This document shows, in pieces, positions 35,134 through 50,700 of a stretch of DNA of 64,000 nucleotides. A program made the translations under genes and the position numbers. The stretch's first letter is position 1, and every line of letters starts with the position of its first letter. The notes beneath the pieces were generated by a model that worked only from the letters and a program-made list of their open reading frames with translations, searched no databases and was not told the DNA's origin. The stretch comes from Balanoglossus misakiensis (lineage: Eukaryota; Animalia; Hemichordata). Location of the stretch: contig CM082597.2 of the NCBI GenBank assembly GCA_040954595.2, positions 9,455,778 to 9,519,777 of the forward strand, given 5' to 3'.

Positions 35134-38100
35134 ATGGATGCATCGGAACTACCAACTGCAGGGGACATTGGTTACCAGAGAAATATAAAGAGTTTAGCCG
35201 GAAACGATAAACTGTTGAATCAGCCTGTTACCAGCGCCAGAGACAATCAAGGACAAAATCAAACCGAGATAGAAACGAACGATTCATATCAAAGACAATG
35301 TAAAACGAACGTTGAGGTGATGAGCACTTTCTGTAGAAGAAATTCTCCAACCGAGGCTGGAGATGAAGATGCGCTTTCACACTCTCAAATCGAGGCTGTG
35401 AAAAACGCTGTTTACGTGGAGGAGTCTGAAACCGACGGTGAACCAGGCGACAGATATCAGAGAAAATTTCCGATTGAAATTCCTGAACTTTATGCAGATG
35501 TGGACGAAGAGGACGAGTCGCCTAGAAGAGTGATCAGCAAACGATGGATGGTTTGTCTGGCGGGATTCTTTCTTGACATTCCATTTATGGGAATGGTGAT
35601 GAGTTTTGGTGAGATGTTACCGCCGTTGATGGACACTTTTGGTGGCGCCACCATTGCTATCAGTAAGTATTCCAGAGTTGAACTCCCGCCTCATTCTCTG
35701 TAGATGTTTGTTTTATTCGTTTCTGAATGACACTCGAACAGTTAATATGGTCTTACTTTTTATCGTTTACTCCACAAAATAACAAGTCCTAATGTCATTG
35801 GGTATAGTGGTGTCGGCCACGTGAAAAAATAGTAATTAGCTATGGCATGCAAACATAGTGATTTGTTTGAAATTAAAATTAAAATTGGTCGACTCATACC
35901 CTTGAAAAGAATCAGACCTTGTTTTCCAAGGTAACCGTTTTCGACTGATATGAGATTTCCCAAACTTAGGAAAGGTAAATTAGAATAACACACACTACGA
36001 AAAGACGACAAACGCATTTAGAGAATGACACGAACTAAAAATGATCGTTTTTGGTCACGGTCAAATATTTTCTACGGTGGAGAGCTAGCTAATCACGAAC
36101 GCCAACACATATATTCTGTAGAAGAACACGACATGCCCCGTTAACAATGCAAGTCAAAGATGACATTATTTCTTTTACCTTTTTCAAACTCTAGGTTGGA
36201 TTGGTTCTTTCGGTTTTGGCATGGCTTACATGGGTAATCCAATATCATCACGTCTAAATGAAGTATTCGGTACACGTCGAGTTGCCGCCTTTGGTGTGTT
36301 ACTTGGAGGATTTGCACTGTTTTTAACTTCCTTTGTGGACTCTATCGGATTGATGTTTCTTACTTATAGCGTCATGTTTGGTTTTGCAACCAACTTGACC
36401 TACAACCCACCTCTAGTATTAACAGGCGCGTGGTTTCCAGAGAAATACCACGTCTTAGCGACATGTCTTCAAGTTGCCGGCATTCCATGTGGTAAGTATA
36501 AGAGCTAGAAGCAAGCGCTTGTTGGGCTGTCTCTGCTATCATTTGAGAAATCAGATTATTGTTTTGTTTCTATGAGACTTTCGAAATATGACGCAATGTT
36601 AAGCCTCGTTATACACTACCACGAAGAATAAACAAATGGAAATTAAATTGGCTCCACAGGAGATTGAACAAACGTTATGTACTGACTGTTTCCGATACGA
36701 TAGATGCTTTCGGTCCAATACGGTGAACATGATAGTCTCCACAAGAGCCAGTTTGGACTATTTCATCTATCTCGATACGGGTCAATGTTTAAAAGGGTTT
36801 TTCATATTCCTGTTTTAATACAAGTAAAACTCATTTGAAAAAAAAGAAACAGTATGAACGTTCAGTTCATCCACGGACAATGACAATACCCTGTGGTACA
36901 GTTGGGGATTTGTTTTCCCAAAATAATCTTTTCTAAAAAATTAAGTCTGTACAGAATCATGAAGATACTCCATTACCACGATCCGTTAATATTTAAATGC
37001 TGATATTTCAAACGAAGACTTTGTCGAGAAATCATTTTGGGAAGACATCAAAACAATTCATATACAAGGCATATGTGTGTAATTTGGCAGGTTCACTGGT
37101 TATGAATCCAATATGTCAAGGATTGCTGCAGTCAATTGGTTTGAGAGACACTTTTCGAACATTGGCTGCAATGGTCGTTGTAGCAGGATTGCCATGTTGC
37201 TTTGTGTTGTCGCCTGCACCAGTGACACGAAGTGCTGAACTGGCAATGACAACAGAGGATGAAGATCATGAGAACATCAAAGCTAGAAGTTCAGTGTGGT
37301 TACAAGATATGATTAAAAAGACAAGAGATGACGACAAACCGAGAAGCAGATTTCGTGTCTACCTCAACAAAGTCAGATGCGATTATTTTCAGAGAGAACT
37401 TTGGACAGATGTTGTGTTTCACCTGTTTATGTTTGGGCAATTTGTCAAAGGAACTGGATATGTCTTCCCTTTCATCCACCTGGTAAGTGATTTGCCAAAG
37501 ACGTACAAGTCTACCATGTTATCCATCCGTCGACTATTTGAGCTTGGGTGTGGCTAAGCTTGAACTGAGTTAATCCAAATTTATAATTCGGTTTTTATAT
37601 AACACAATTTAATGGAGAGTGACAAAAAACTGGCAAAGTGAGGAAAAGTTTATGGGTGAATGAATGAATGAATGAATGAATGAATGAATGAATGAATGAA
37701 TGAATGAATGAATGAATGAATGAATGAATGAATACTCGCGCGGTATACCCTTTTCTGAAGGCGTGCTACAGAACACCCTCTTTGTTTTTATCTATTTCAT
37801 GACTGTACACAATATTTATACCTTCCAGATCAGTTTCATGGAAGACATCGGCATCAAACCAACCACGGCATCCTTGATTCTAACCATCAAAGGAGCAGCC
37901 GACATGGGAGGTCGTCTGTTGGCTGCTTTCCTTGGTGAAAAGTTACCCTTTGACCTCATTCATATTTACGTCCTAGCAACTGGAGTCATGGCAGTTACAA
38001 CCTTTATTTGTTCTTTTGTCACGGAGTTTGGAGGAATGTTTTTCTACGCCGTTTGTGAGTACATACAATTTTGTCACTGGTTTACTTTGGGTAAGGCGTT

Positions 38101-39167
38101 GGGTATAATGCCCAAATGTATGTTTGTTTGTCTGTTTGTTTGTTTGCTTTTGTTTGTGTGTGTGTGATCCCCATTTGGCGAATTGCAAATCACTAATTCT
38201 CGGCTAGTTGTTCCTTTGTTTATTTATAAGTTCATCAAAAACTTACTTGACTTGGTTTGATAATCATTTTCTCGATCTCAGTTATAGGATTCTGGAATGG
38301 CGTCTACAATGCTCTTTTATTTCCTGTCACTACATCCATCTTTACCAAAGATGTTGTGGGACAAGCATGGGCATTTTGTCAAGTTCCACCGGGAATGGCA
38401 ATTGTACTTGGACCAGCCATGGCAGGTAACTTTAAAAAACCCGAAAGACTCGCAAAATGGTGATGGCCTAGGCGTCGGTCAATTTTTTGCGATATGTTTC
38501 AAAGGGGATTTTGTTGACAACACGTTTATCGCAACACTGCACGAGAAAATGAATCTTTTTAAAATGCGTTATGACCATTAATTAATCGAAGTAGCGTCTT
38601 TATTTTAATGCAATCTCCAACATTAAAATTGTTTGATGTGTAGGAAGTATTTGTATGACAGATGTCCAGTATAGTCCGACAACTCGGGAGAGATTTGTAC
38701 ATGCATTTCGTTCAGTGTATGTGCTGCACAATATCAAATGGGTTCTCATTCCGAATAAAGCACGATACGTTTTTGGTTAACTGCAATCCCAAAGTAATCT
38801 ATTTTTGGTTGATGAAGCGTAACCGGGTTATTACAAGCCCAACAACATTGTAGGTGTTGAACGTTGTTCTCCTTTATTCAGGATTATAAACATATGTTGT
38901 TGTTGTTGTTGTTTTCCTGTAGGTGCCATTTACGATGCAACAAAGTCCTATCAAATTGATTTCTACGTTAACACTGGGATATTTGCTCTGGCTATGGTCA
39001 CATTCACTTGTATACCGTTTATACGTGCAATGAGAAATTTGTACGAAGCTAAAGGCTTCTCGATTCGAAAAAGGAAACCAACCATAATAGAATTGACCAA
39101 ACTTTGTATAAGTGAACTGGACAAGAATCCTTCCCAAGCGGGAAAAGACGACTATGGTTCGTTTTAG
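35134..39167 (+). CDS. Monocarboxylate-transporter-like MFS protein (SLC16 family), 6 exons
   Basis: Exons 35134-35662, 36195-36491, 37091-37482, 37829-38054, 38282-38425, 38923-39167; all GT-AG and in phase. Motifs SWIGS, FGTRRVA, AWFPEK, GPAMAGAIYDATKSY. Confidence 0.9.
37657..37733. repeat. (GAAT)n microsatellite
   Basis: Visible directly; lies in an intron of the SLC16-like gene. Confidence 0.95.
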
Positions 39168-39603
39168 TTACAATTGGCTGATAAAAGATTGATCCTTGCA
39201 GAGATACACAGGGTAACAGAGAAATAAATAGTTACACAGAGAAGAAAAGGAAAAGAAAGGGATTAAAGGTTTCAGTATCACAAAGTACAGTTTCGGGAGA
39301 ATAAACAAGAAACTTCAAGACAGATAGCATGTATTGTCAATTACCTTGTCAGCATCTAATGAACAGATTACAGAAATCAGTAAATGAAATGAAATCACAT
39401 TGCACGACAATATTATACGTGTGTGACCCTTAAAGATGAGGTCCAGGTTTATTGACATTTTAGTGATTTGATTTTTTTTTCAATATTTCAAAGGATTATT
39501 CTTGAATTATTGTTATTAATATAAATGTACCTTTTCACACGCGTTAACGCGTAAAAACCAAGACGGACACAAGAGTTCTTATACAAACTGTGGCGCTTTC
39601 CAT

Positions 39604-39725
<122 letters not shown>

Positions 39726-39950
39726 AAATTATTCTATGTTTGACGTCATCATATACGAGTGATTTTCGCGCTACGGCTCCCCGAAAACCCTAACATTTTC
39801 TAGCTGTCTGGAGCGCGTATTTTAAAGCTAATATTTTGTATACATTTCGCGTGTACTGCCTTGCAAGAGGAATCGAGACAAAAAAGCAAACAGACACAGG
39901 ACCACCAGAAAATGTCATCCGCTAGAACTCATTTTTTATGAGAGGGAGGG

Positions 39951-41400
39951 TGTCACAAGTTTGTAAGAAGTATTCTAACCGGATAAGACATGAATTTGAA
40001 TCGCCGAAATAAGAGTTTGGGCGCCAGAGTATTGTGCAGAAAAGAGCTCAGGTTTTGTACCCAAAAACCCACGAGAAAAACAATGTCCAGAATCCCCGAG
40101 CGAAGAGCGACGAAACAAGTGCTGGACAACTGACGAAACGGCGATTTACTGTGCGACTTGCAATTGCTTGGCGCGTACGACTGTTCGTAGACGGTCGACG
40201 GTGAGTGGACAACGCAGACGTAAATTAACGTAGGTAATAACCGGAGCACGCAACCGATGACTGGTGGACTGGCAGGTACAACAAATAACCGCACGACCAA
40301 CCAACACAAACACGAACTGAGACGGTGACTCTGTGCCCTGAAGCAGCACGCTATGACCAGAAGAACGGTGATGGAAAAATTGGAGCCCCCAGAACTGGAA
40401 GCATCGGCCTGTTATATGTCCAGTTTCGCACCAAGTCTGTTTCAACCGCGGTCTCAAAAGCTGATTGGCGTAATCGATGTCAACCAACAGATGAAGCTCT
40501 TGCAACATGTTAATATCCCGCTCAGTTACGTACTCTAACTTCATGAACCTGTAAATACCATGTGCATGTATCTACAACATGTAAATTCACTGAACTGTCG
40601 TTCACCCAACAGAATTCAAAAAGTTAAGCAACAGTCGTCACTGTACAACCCAGTGACTGCCAAATAAATCATATCGTGACACTACCCCTTTGAGACAAAA
40701 ATTGGGGACACACATTTTTGTCAAATTTGAACATTTCACAAGTTTTACCCCCAAAATACACTACCAATATACAAACAAAAAAACGTACACATAATCTACT
40801 ATTATTTCTTTCGCATAATCTATCGCCCGAAACAACTTAAAAATCGCAGAATTCTTGGAAACGCTGCTCCTATTGTAGACTCTCTCTCACAGCCCCTCTC
40901 GCCATCCATGCAGGCTTATGGTGTGATTGCATGTGTGCAACACCATATGGGGCTTCTCCTTTACTAAACGGTTAGGGGCGCGTCAGTGAAGAGCTTGTAG
41001 CGAGCCGTGGGCTGTGACAGAGTCTACTCCTATCAGTACCTTTAATAGCAGAAACCTTGTAGGTAAACGGTTACAAGTTCAGTGCCCATCTCGTTATCTA
41101 CTATTAAAAAAATTCCATTTGTTAAAATAGATCAATGGTTGATGGTCCGTCTCTAAAATAAATTGTTTACAATACAATTATTATTGAAACTTTCGTAGTG
41201 CCCAAATGACTGCAAGGCATTCTCTCTCAATTACAGAAAAGCGTGTTTCCCTTGGGAACAATTTTCTGTTAGCATATGCTACTGGAAATTTACCATCATA
41301 TGGGTTTGAAATAACTTGCATCGGTACGCAAAATAAATGGTTCCTTGAAATCTGGTGTCTCAACAATGGTTCTTTATTCAGCATCTCTTAACAAATTAAA
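39951..41400 (-). mobile_element. Gypsy LTR-retrotransposon remnant: 3' LTR (39951-40681), PPT and RNase H fragment
   Basis: TGTCAC...GTGACA termini; purine tract AAAGGGGTAG on - at 40682-40691; PVAYANRKLFPRETRFSVIERECLAVIWALRKFQ in ORF 41181-41384 is a Ty3/Gypsy RNase H signature. Confidence 0.75.
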
Positions 41401-41877
41401 CGCTCTTCCTTGGGCATTGCCCCATATGACATTTTGAGGTTGACCTTTTGGAGTCAAAATCAATAACTAGGAACATGTCCCATAAAGTGTCATGTGTCAT
41501 AGCATTCTTACAAACAGAGCTAGAAAAATTTCAAAGCAAGTGTAAAAGTGGCTAAATATTGAAAAATTGAAGCTTTATACTGAATTTCAAAGATGGTCAA
41601 TCACTTTCAGAAAAACATTTGTTTTACCAATAATGTAGAAAACGACAAAAAATGCATAAAAATAGAAAATTCCTAATACTAGCTCAAAATATACAGGACT
41701 GTATTAGGTTAACCCAAGGTTTGCATATTTTTGGCAATGACGACTTTATTTGAATAAACTCTTGGCCTGCATCAGCACACTGAATATCAAGGTGATATGC
41801 CCAGCGGTTTCCAAGTTTTTAATGTGGATGGACATATATCCATACAGACGCAACTGATTCCATAAGGTCCCATGGTA

Positions 41878-42189
41878 TACTGTAAAACACTTTATTTTCG
41901 CGAGTTAGAATTTTCGCGATATCGAGAGAGGCCACTGTTTCGCAAGTATTAATTTTCCCGTTTTCTTATTTCATTCACCACATCGTTATCTTCAAAAACA
42001 ATTTAAGCGACTTTTTAGTTTCACGATATTTTGGCTCTCGCGTATTTGGCGTATTTCCCGTTTTCTTATTTCATTCACCACATCGTTATCTTCAAAAACA
42101 ATTTAAGCGACTTTTTATTTTCACGGTATTTTGGCTCTCGCGTATTTGGCGAAAATTAATTGCTCGCGAAAATAAAGTGTTTTACAGTA
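41878..42189. mobile_element. Tc1/mariner-type MITE (TA TSD) nested in the HINE-like repeat; relative at ~43208-43422
   Basis: TA-CTGTAAAACACTTTATTTTCGCGAG...CTCGCGAAAATAAAGTGTTTTACAG-TA, with an internal ~100-bp duplication. Confidence 0.75.
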
Positions 42190-44726
42190 TATACCAAATG
42201 GGACCTAATGAAAAGACACTGTTAATGGAGCTTTTATAGAGGTGTCCTGATTAGGGGGTTTCTGTAATGATAGGTTTCACTACACCTTCCATGATGTACA
42301 ACTTGCTTCTCTGAAACCACTGCAAAATAACAAGACACAAAACAACCACACACTATGAAACATGGACTGACAAGGTTTATTTTCCATCATGGAATAAATA
42401 GTCATATACATTTTGGGAAAAAATTCAAAGTTCAAAATTTTATAAAAGACTACTACTACATTAATACTAACATCTACAGTTATTTCACTCATAATGCTAA
42501 TTCCAAATTTTCATAAGTACATTGGTGCAATATGAATATACTGACTATTGCCATTTTTTCACTAGTGTGGGCAATAGAAAATATTCAGTATCAAAGCCAT
42601 CTGCTATAATATTACAATGCTATCATCACCAACAAATGATCTCTGCTAAACTGAAATACCCAATGTTCACTTAGTTTGATTCAGTAATTAACATATTAGG
42701 AATAAGGTTGAGAAAAGTCCCACCCTCAAGAGTTTTGTTATTGACTGCCTGAAGTGATCATCGTCAGATTTGGGGTTTGTGGTGGTGGGGGGGGGGGGGG
42801 TCATCAAATGGAATTGCAATGCAGAAAATACAAACTATTTTTTGATGTCCCCCATGCAAGGTTGTGTTATTAACATGTCAGCTCAAACTCAAACATATCA
42901 CACAACTTAGTTTGCTCTACAATGTCTCATTTTAATTTCATTCCAGACCAAAATAATCCAGAATAACTGTTTGCTATTGTATTTCTTCAGATGCAGTAAT
43001 TGATTGTCTGTGTATCAGAATGATTTATAGTCAAACATCAACTATCTGAAATTCTTAGAGTCACATAACTTATTACAGTTTTGAGTTTTCGAATGATCAA
43101 AACAATCAGTTCTCACTGATTATTGGTGTTCCAATCTACTGGGTGTTTGACGAGGTGATTTTCAGAGTTCCTCACTGGCTACACACAAAACAATCTGCTC
43201 AGGAAACTACTGTAAAACAGGTTATTTTCACGATAAATAAATTTTTGCGAAATACGTGAGAGCCAAAAAACATGAAAATAAGTTGCGTAAAAATTTTTTT
43301 TTTCTGGAGATAATGATGCAGTTAGTGAAATACGAGAATGCGCAAAAATATTCCTCACGTAACAGTTGCCTCATTTGATATCGTGAACATTTCCTGTCGC
43401 GAAAATAACCTGTTTTACAGTAGTCATGGATTGCTGAACTTAGCCTGACCATTTTACCCATGGTGCTATATCTTGACCAAAAACACAATGAGTTATGTGT
43501 GTCTGGACAGTTACATCTACTATTTGTCTGTATGTGACTGAATCGACGAGTAAAATCTGGCTCTTCCGACACCAATTAGACCAGTGAATGATAATTTCAA
43601 AAATCGACAGCAAATTCCGTTTAACATTTCACATTTGGTTAGAGCAGATTCTAAGGATATGTTTCAATGTACATCAAGTCTAGAGTGTTTATTTCAACTA
43701 CTCTGGGAGACAATGACAAACCACTACAAGGAAACTATGCTGCTGTTGAAGTCACAATTGATGCACTGGTTCACAAGCAAAATAAATATAACAAAAATAC
43801 AGTAAATTTAAAAATTCTTAATTCTTGCGATGTTAACTTCTTGGTTCAATATATAAACGAGGAATAAACCATGCAAATGTTCTGGGGTTGACTAACAGGG
43901 TTCAAAGGTCACTTGTGTCACAGGTCAAACCACCTGATTCTAATCAAATCTTTGGTGACATAACGATAAGATTGATGCATGCCACTAATTTTAACAAAAA
44001 TAATTCAAGAATTTAATTTGATAGCATCCATGTACAAAATCAACAATATTGGAAACTGACTGACTGATCATTTCTTTTTTAACTACATTTGGAAACGGAG
44101 GCTACAATGTATACTTAAAAAATGACTAACTAAGAAGACATAACACTTACAAGATCAATAAGTTCCAACACATATATTCACTTTGGTTCATTGAATGTAG
44201 AAGCAGGAATGTGGCAAACAGTAGGATTACTTTCAGGTTTCCAAATAATATGCAGGAAACAAAATACAAGAGAGGTTTGAGAAAAAAATGCTAAGAATGA
44301 CCAGTAAATGTTGAAAAGTGGAATAAGATGGCAGTTTTTTTTGTATCAATTACTGGTTTATCTAGATCACTATAGAAACAGCATACTCTCTACAGCACAC
44401 ACACCACAGTCAATATTACTCCATGATGTGAGCAAACTTGTAAAACATTATGGGACCTGTGCAAAGAAAATTCTATAATGCTCTGAAATGACTCTTAAAT
44501 TTCATGTTTGTTAGAGGGCACAGTGTAAACAAGGTAACCCTTTCAACACCATAGTAATCTTGTCGTCATTTTTCAAAATATTAACCTCATTACTTTAACA
44601 ATATTTTTTTTCTTCTAATTTGATGAAGACCTGATGCAAATGTGAAAATGATAAAAAATATTGCATCACATTTGACAGCGGAGAATGTGGCATAAGGGTT
44701 AAAGTTCAAGCTTCAGTGGTATTGAG

Positions 44727-47700
44727 TTATTTGCCAGATTTTATTCGACTGATCACGGCTTGCTGCTGTTGTTGTTTCTGGGCACAATCTGTCACAAGTT
44801 TATTCAGTTCAGCTGCATTGTATCCCATCAGACTTCGCAGGTCACACACAAATTTATACACAAATCTCTTGCCGTGCACTTTTGCAATCATGTCGCCATC
44901 ATAGTAGTACCTCAATGCACGACTCAACTTCTCATAGTTCATTGTGGGTTTATTTTTGCGTGCGCCCCATTTCTGGGCCACAAGTTCTGGATTGTTCAGT
45001 TTAAATTCACCATTGTCGCCGACCCATGAGATGCAATCCCTTGCATCTTTGTCTGTCAGTAACTCCAGCAAAAACTGCCACAGCTGAATCTGTCCATTAT
45101 TACCTGCAAGACAGTACACAACATGTTATAATTAAATAATAAAATAAAGAATTATATGAAAATAATAATTTTTATAATTATAGGTCCCATTTCCACGAAC
45201 ATTTCACCATAGAGGTATTTGCCACAAAATGGGGCCTAAACAATGATGTACGTTTTGAGGACAGGTGTTTCAATTGCAACCAATTTGGGACTGTACGACT
45301 GGACCAGAGCCACTGTTGGTACATGTACATGTATGTTGTATGGTAGTGTGTTTACATTTGGTCAGGGTGAATAAAATGCGTGCTAACGACTACAAATCAT
45401 GTGTTTCTGTACTTTATATCGGCATATTCTTGAAAGAAAATAAACCAATTTTCACCATCACACCATCTCCATTTGTCATACAGCACAGAAAAGCCAAGTT
45501 TTTATTGCATCTGATCGACCTAATAATCCTATTCTGATTCAAAAGCCACGTTCATCAAGCAGTCAATGGATTCCAAGCTCAGCCTGACGACTGGAACTCT
45601 ACATTCTACAGATCATCAAAACGTAATGACGTGGAATAAAGACGCGGTACATTTGATAGAAAATCGGTTTGTCTGAGGTCCTAGGGCTGGCTGAGATTCT
45701 GTCTGCACGATCGTTTGTGTATGTTCTGTAAGGAAACACAGACCCACTGCGAGCTGCACTGACTTGACTTTGCCAGTGCGGCAAACGCAATCTTGAATCT
45801 CATTCCTAATTTACGGTTTTGGGATATATGGCACATTTATCTTTATAAAGATTTACATGAAGTACGTCATTTTTTCTATCTGCAAGAGGTGGCTGACGCG
45901 ACCTGACAACTTGCAAGGAAAAGTCTTATGTTGACACGTACACAACACAAGACGATAATTGGCAGGCAAAATGTTATCAAAAATCTGGTCTGATCTACGA
46001 TCAGTTTGATTCCGACATGCACTCTTAGTTCTGAGGCTTAGCAAACACAAGAAAGCTGACCACTCCCAATTTCCCTTGCACCATTCCCTCTTTCTTATGA
46101 AAAGAACACGCTTAGATAGGAGTTTTTGCCAAGAAAATTCACAGATTTCATGCTGTGTTTTTATGTAAGTTGTAACTCTATTTGGCACACAACTGGAAAT
46201 AGACATCCCAAACACTTCTCTAAACTTATCATATTTTCAGAGGCAAGAAGGGATAGATAGAAATCCTAACTTTCCTTGTTACTTGATTTGAGTTTGCAGA
46301 ACAAAATTGCCCTGCTCCAATTGAAAGCTGCATTAACTGTGATTCTCCAAATGGTTTTCTTACCTGTTCTATTGCCAGGCGATGTCCGTTCCTGTCCTGT
46401 GATGCTTGGTGACCTAGCCATTGTTTTCACAGGCTGTGATGAGATCACTATGGTTTTCACTGCTTTTCCTGCAGCTGTACTTGCAAGTTTGGTGGCTGAA
46501 ATTCAAGATTCAGTTGATAAGAAACACTGCAAAATGCTGCAAGTCTCACACAGACATGTGTTGATACATGTACCTGGGAAGTCATAGGATTAAGCAATAA
46601 CCCCTGCCACAGGTATACACGAGATGTTGGTACAATTTGAGACATATCGTGCTATATGGAGCGAATTGTACCAAAGTCGAAAAAGAAGTTACCAACATGG
46701 TGACGACAAATGTAAACACAAGCAGCCCGGAATCGAGCATTCAACATGAAGCAGACGACAAAAAGTGACAAAAGTGCAAAATATTCAGAGCAGAGCAGTT
46801 CCAAAATAAAAGTCCATAAATTCAAGTGGTTTTATGTTATTTATTTGGTGTAATCCCGCGCGACTGTGGTTTAACTGCACATTTTCCGTGCTGCATGCTA
46901 GTTCAGGGGCCCGTTTTACCACTGCCAGCGATGGTAAAACAGAATAGTGCATTCCTTCTGTGCAGTTCAAACTGATTGATTGCAACAATGAAAGCAAACA
47001 AAGCAAATAAACACACCTATGCACCCCATATGGGGGTCACACAGGGAGCATTAAGACGTTTCTGAATCGTCTTGGGTCAAATACTGGCATAATTATTATG
47101 TGTGAACAGTTTAACAGTCTGGTCGCAGAGAGGGTAATTAAGGCGGCGAGATCAAAGAGATCTATTTGAATGTGAACGTCACTGTGTGGCAGTTACGGCC
47201 GGTTTGAAATGTTTTCAAACGGAGATTTTCGGTACTACAAGTCACAGGCGCTCAAGACGATCGCTTCGCGATGGGGGGGCTGCAGTTCGCGATGGGGTGG
47301 GGGTGGGGGGCTTCAAAAGAATTTTGATTCCAAAAGAATCAGTTTGAGTAACTACTAAATAACAACAAAGAAATGCAAGAGTTATATTTACAAGTGATTG
47401 TAGGCGGTCATCGTCAACAACGGTCCACATTCAAATAAAAGTAAACCGTATTTATGGTTTACCCACTGAAATTCACTGAGGCTCTCGACCAATCAGGAGC
47501 CAGGGCACGATTAGTTGACCTCTAACCTCAGTGACCGCGGCCATACTTACATCGACAATGTCTATTTTTGAAAGTGTCGCTCGAACCCCGCTTGAAACCT
47601 CCACATTTCGAGCAGTTTGCCTTTAAATTGAGCTTTTTTTTGCTATGGATCACAAAACATATACTTGTTAGCTTCTACCCGCTGCATTTCGGTAAGTTTT

Positions 47701-50700
47701 AATGAAATTTTCGCAGCGAAATCGCCGCTTGAACATTGTGCTCTCGTCAGTATCCTGGCCTATCCTGGCCTGGCGTTGCGTACCTTCTCTTCTATATAGG
47801 GGTACTGAAGCCCCCCACCCCCACCCCATCGCAAACTGCAGCCCCCCATCGCGAAGCGATCGTCTTGAGCGCCTGTGCTACGAGTGATCGTCAGGGTTCT
47901 CCCTGTTTTTTGCGGCCGCCCCTCTGTCGTATGTGACGCCCCTGCATTTGACAACACCGCCCCTTTGTTTTACCCGGTAGAAAACAAAGCTCGCGCGTTG
48001 TGGTTTATAGTGTTACTAGCGTCTTTTGGGGGTGGACGTGAACAAAATGGTCGTTCACACTTTGTCATGCACCATAGTGACACTTAGCATGGCAAATGGA
48101 AACCGTTTCACACATTCGGATCAATTTCAAAGTACCGGCCCGATCAAACACGTGTCAAAGTACAATCATAGTTAAATCAGTAAATGACATGTTGTTAATG
48201 CTTGGCGCGCTCTGCCCTAATTCACACCCGATTTAGGGCAGAGTTACTTCTAAGCCACTGTTTACTCATATGCTATTCTAGATCACACAAGTCGCGGCTG
48301 TCATGTTGGCCTGTACAAACAGTAGACAGTCACATGTCTAATTGGTGCAATGTGTTTGATTCCAACCAAAATTGCAAAAATGACACACTGCCTATAGTCA
48401 TTTTTCTGGGTGGAGGTACGGAGCGCTCGCATAGGATTGTACCTTACAGTCTACCTCTGTATCAGAGTAGCACTTTCAATTGGCGTAAAACTTCTCAAAG
48501 GGATTTAATGGCAGTGTGTTGCCTAGGAGAATTACCAATGTGGAGGTCACAGAGAGGTCACAGAAATGGCATAGATCATGGTTATCGAGAGAAACCCAAA
48601 ATCCTGGCTTACAACAAACTACATTTTATTGCAAACCGTATAGTGAATTATTAAACCATGTCTTACCTTCTGTAGTTTCTACACTTGTGGCTACAGCTAC
48701 AGCCTCTGAAATGGCATCAAAACACAAGAAACTCATGATTCTGTTGCTTCAAACTCGTTATATAAACTTCTGAAAGTCAACTGAAATACAGTCTGTGCTC
48801 TCCAGTCAAAACAACCAGTTGAAATCATTATGCGACCAACTACATGTATGGAAATGCGACAAGGGGCATTTTATATTTGGATTCTCTAAGCAAATTTGGA
48901 CAGTGATTCACATGAGAATGGCGAAGTGTGCCTGATATTTGCCCTCTAATAAATATTCCACATCTTTCTGTACAATTTTGTTCAGTATGTTGACCAAGAC
49001 ATTCACACCTGTGGTTTTAATCTGGCAACCCCCCCCCCCCCCCCTCTCTTTACACGGTTTGTACAAATGTACAGGCCTACTTTGGCGTGCATATGCTCAC
49101 TGGAGAAACTTGCATGGTTAGTTTCTTTGATAGACAGAATGATGGTCATCTTTCAAAATCACACTACAAAATGATGCACAATGCCTACTGTACCTTCAGC
49201 AGCCACAGCAGTTTCTATGGGAACGGATGCAGTTTGTGCAGATGCTGAAAAAACAAATAGCTGATGATTGATTTTGAGCAATATACAACATTCATAGAAG
49301 CAATAAGCACAAAGAATTAAGTAGTGCCCAGGCGATCTGTAACACAAAATCTTGCATATTTTATGCATTTCTATAATTTTTTTACGCATCAATTTGTACA
49401 GATTTATTGCAAACACTGTCAATGACACTGCCTATTCATATCAAGCAGATTCCTTTGAATGTGTTTTGCTGTAGTATTATTTGATGATGCAGAGTTTGTT
49501 GTTCTTGTATATGCCCACAAGTGGAGTGAACATGATTTTTGACTCTAAATAATTGCAGAGTAATGAGGTGTTTTGTGAGAAAATAGGCAACATTAGTGAA
49601 GTCTATTCTAATACATGTACATGTATATGCTAATTTCAGTCACACATTCTGCATACAACACAGTTCAATGTCAAGTGCACTTTTTAGCCTATCAGGACGT
49701 TTCAAGTCTTTCAATGAAATTCCAGAAGTGTATTTCATCCCACTATTTTCCAGAACTACACACCTCTGCAAACCCTAAATATTTTCACACAGAAATACTG
49801 CTCTCCTTAGATGGTTTCAATGTCCGAAGTTTCTGACAGTATACAATTTTAGCTGACAGTGACACAGCCAGCATAACAAGAACTGAATACAAACTAGATT
49901 ACTTACATTTTCTGAGAAGTTCTAAATGAGTCCAAAAGATATCTCCACCAGGCCTTGGCAGCTTTTTCACAAATTCTTCTCTGGACATTTCACAAAGCTG
50001 TTTGCCGGATACTTTTAATGATTCTGACTCTGGAGTTAAATCTGTGCTAAATTCCTTGCTTGCCCAAGTCAACCAATGTCTTGTTTGATCTGCACTCCAA
50101 TCAATGGGATCTGAAACACAAACCACAATACGTTATTTCACTCAATATATACTTCCTATTAAAAGGCGACAATCCTCTTATTTGCATGTGCCAAACCAGA
50201 CAAATTGTAATGTAGTCAATGCCATAAGGCAGTGTGCTGTCCTAAAAACAGATAAGATGGCGATGACCATAGTCTGTGTTGGAGATCGGGAAAAGACAGC
50301 AAAGTGGGTGAAAAGAAGGGACAAATCTAAAGTTTACTTATATGGAGCACATGAAATATGGAAGGAAGCCAAGACATTCTACTGTTGAATGCCTCAAATG
50401 CAAAATTTGCAGAACATTTGGATTGGACGTAATGTTTGTACACACAAAATTACACATGTGCACCTAAGATGATCGTCGGCCTTTAATATTGTCTTCAACA
50501 ATGTACCACCACCAGTAACCAGGCAGTAATGAACAAAATAAAACAACACTATGAAATGATGAGTTCTCCCGACCTGTTAGTAAATCAAGGTCCACTATCT
50601 GTAACGTTTGGATATTTTTTACAGTTCTTTTATTTTGTGTATCAACCATCTATAAAGCCAGAGTACTGATCTTCTAAACACAACACAATCAATATTGTTA

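Noticed and set aside
39940-39950. Purine run left of the LTR as a plus-strand PPT
   Set aside because: The RNase H fragment and a PPT on the opposite side indicate a minus-strand element.
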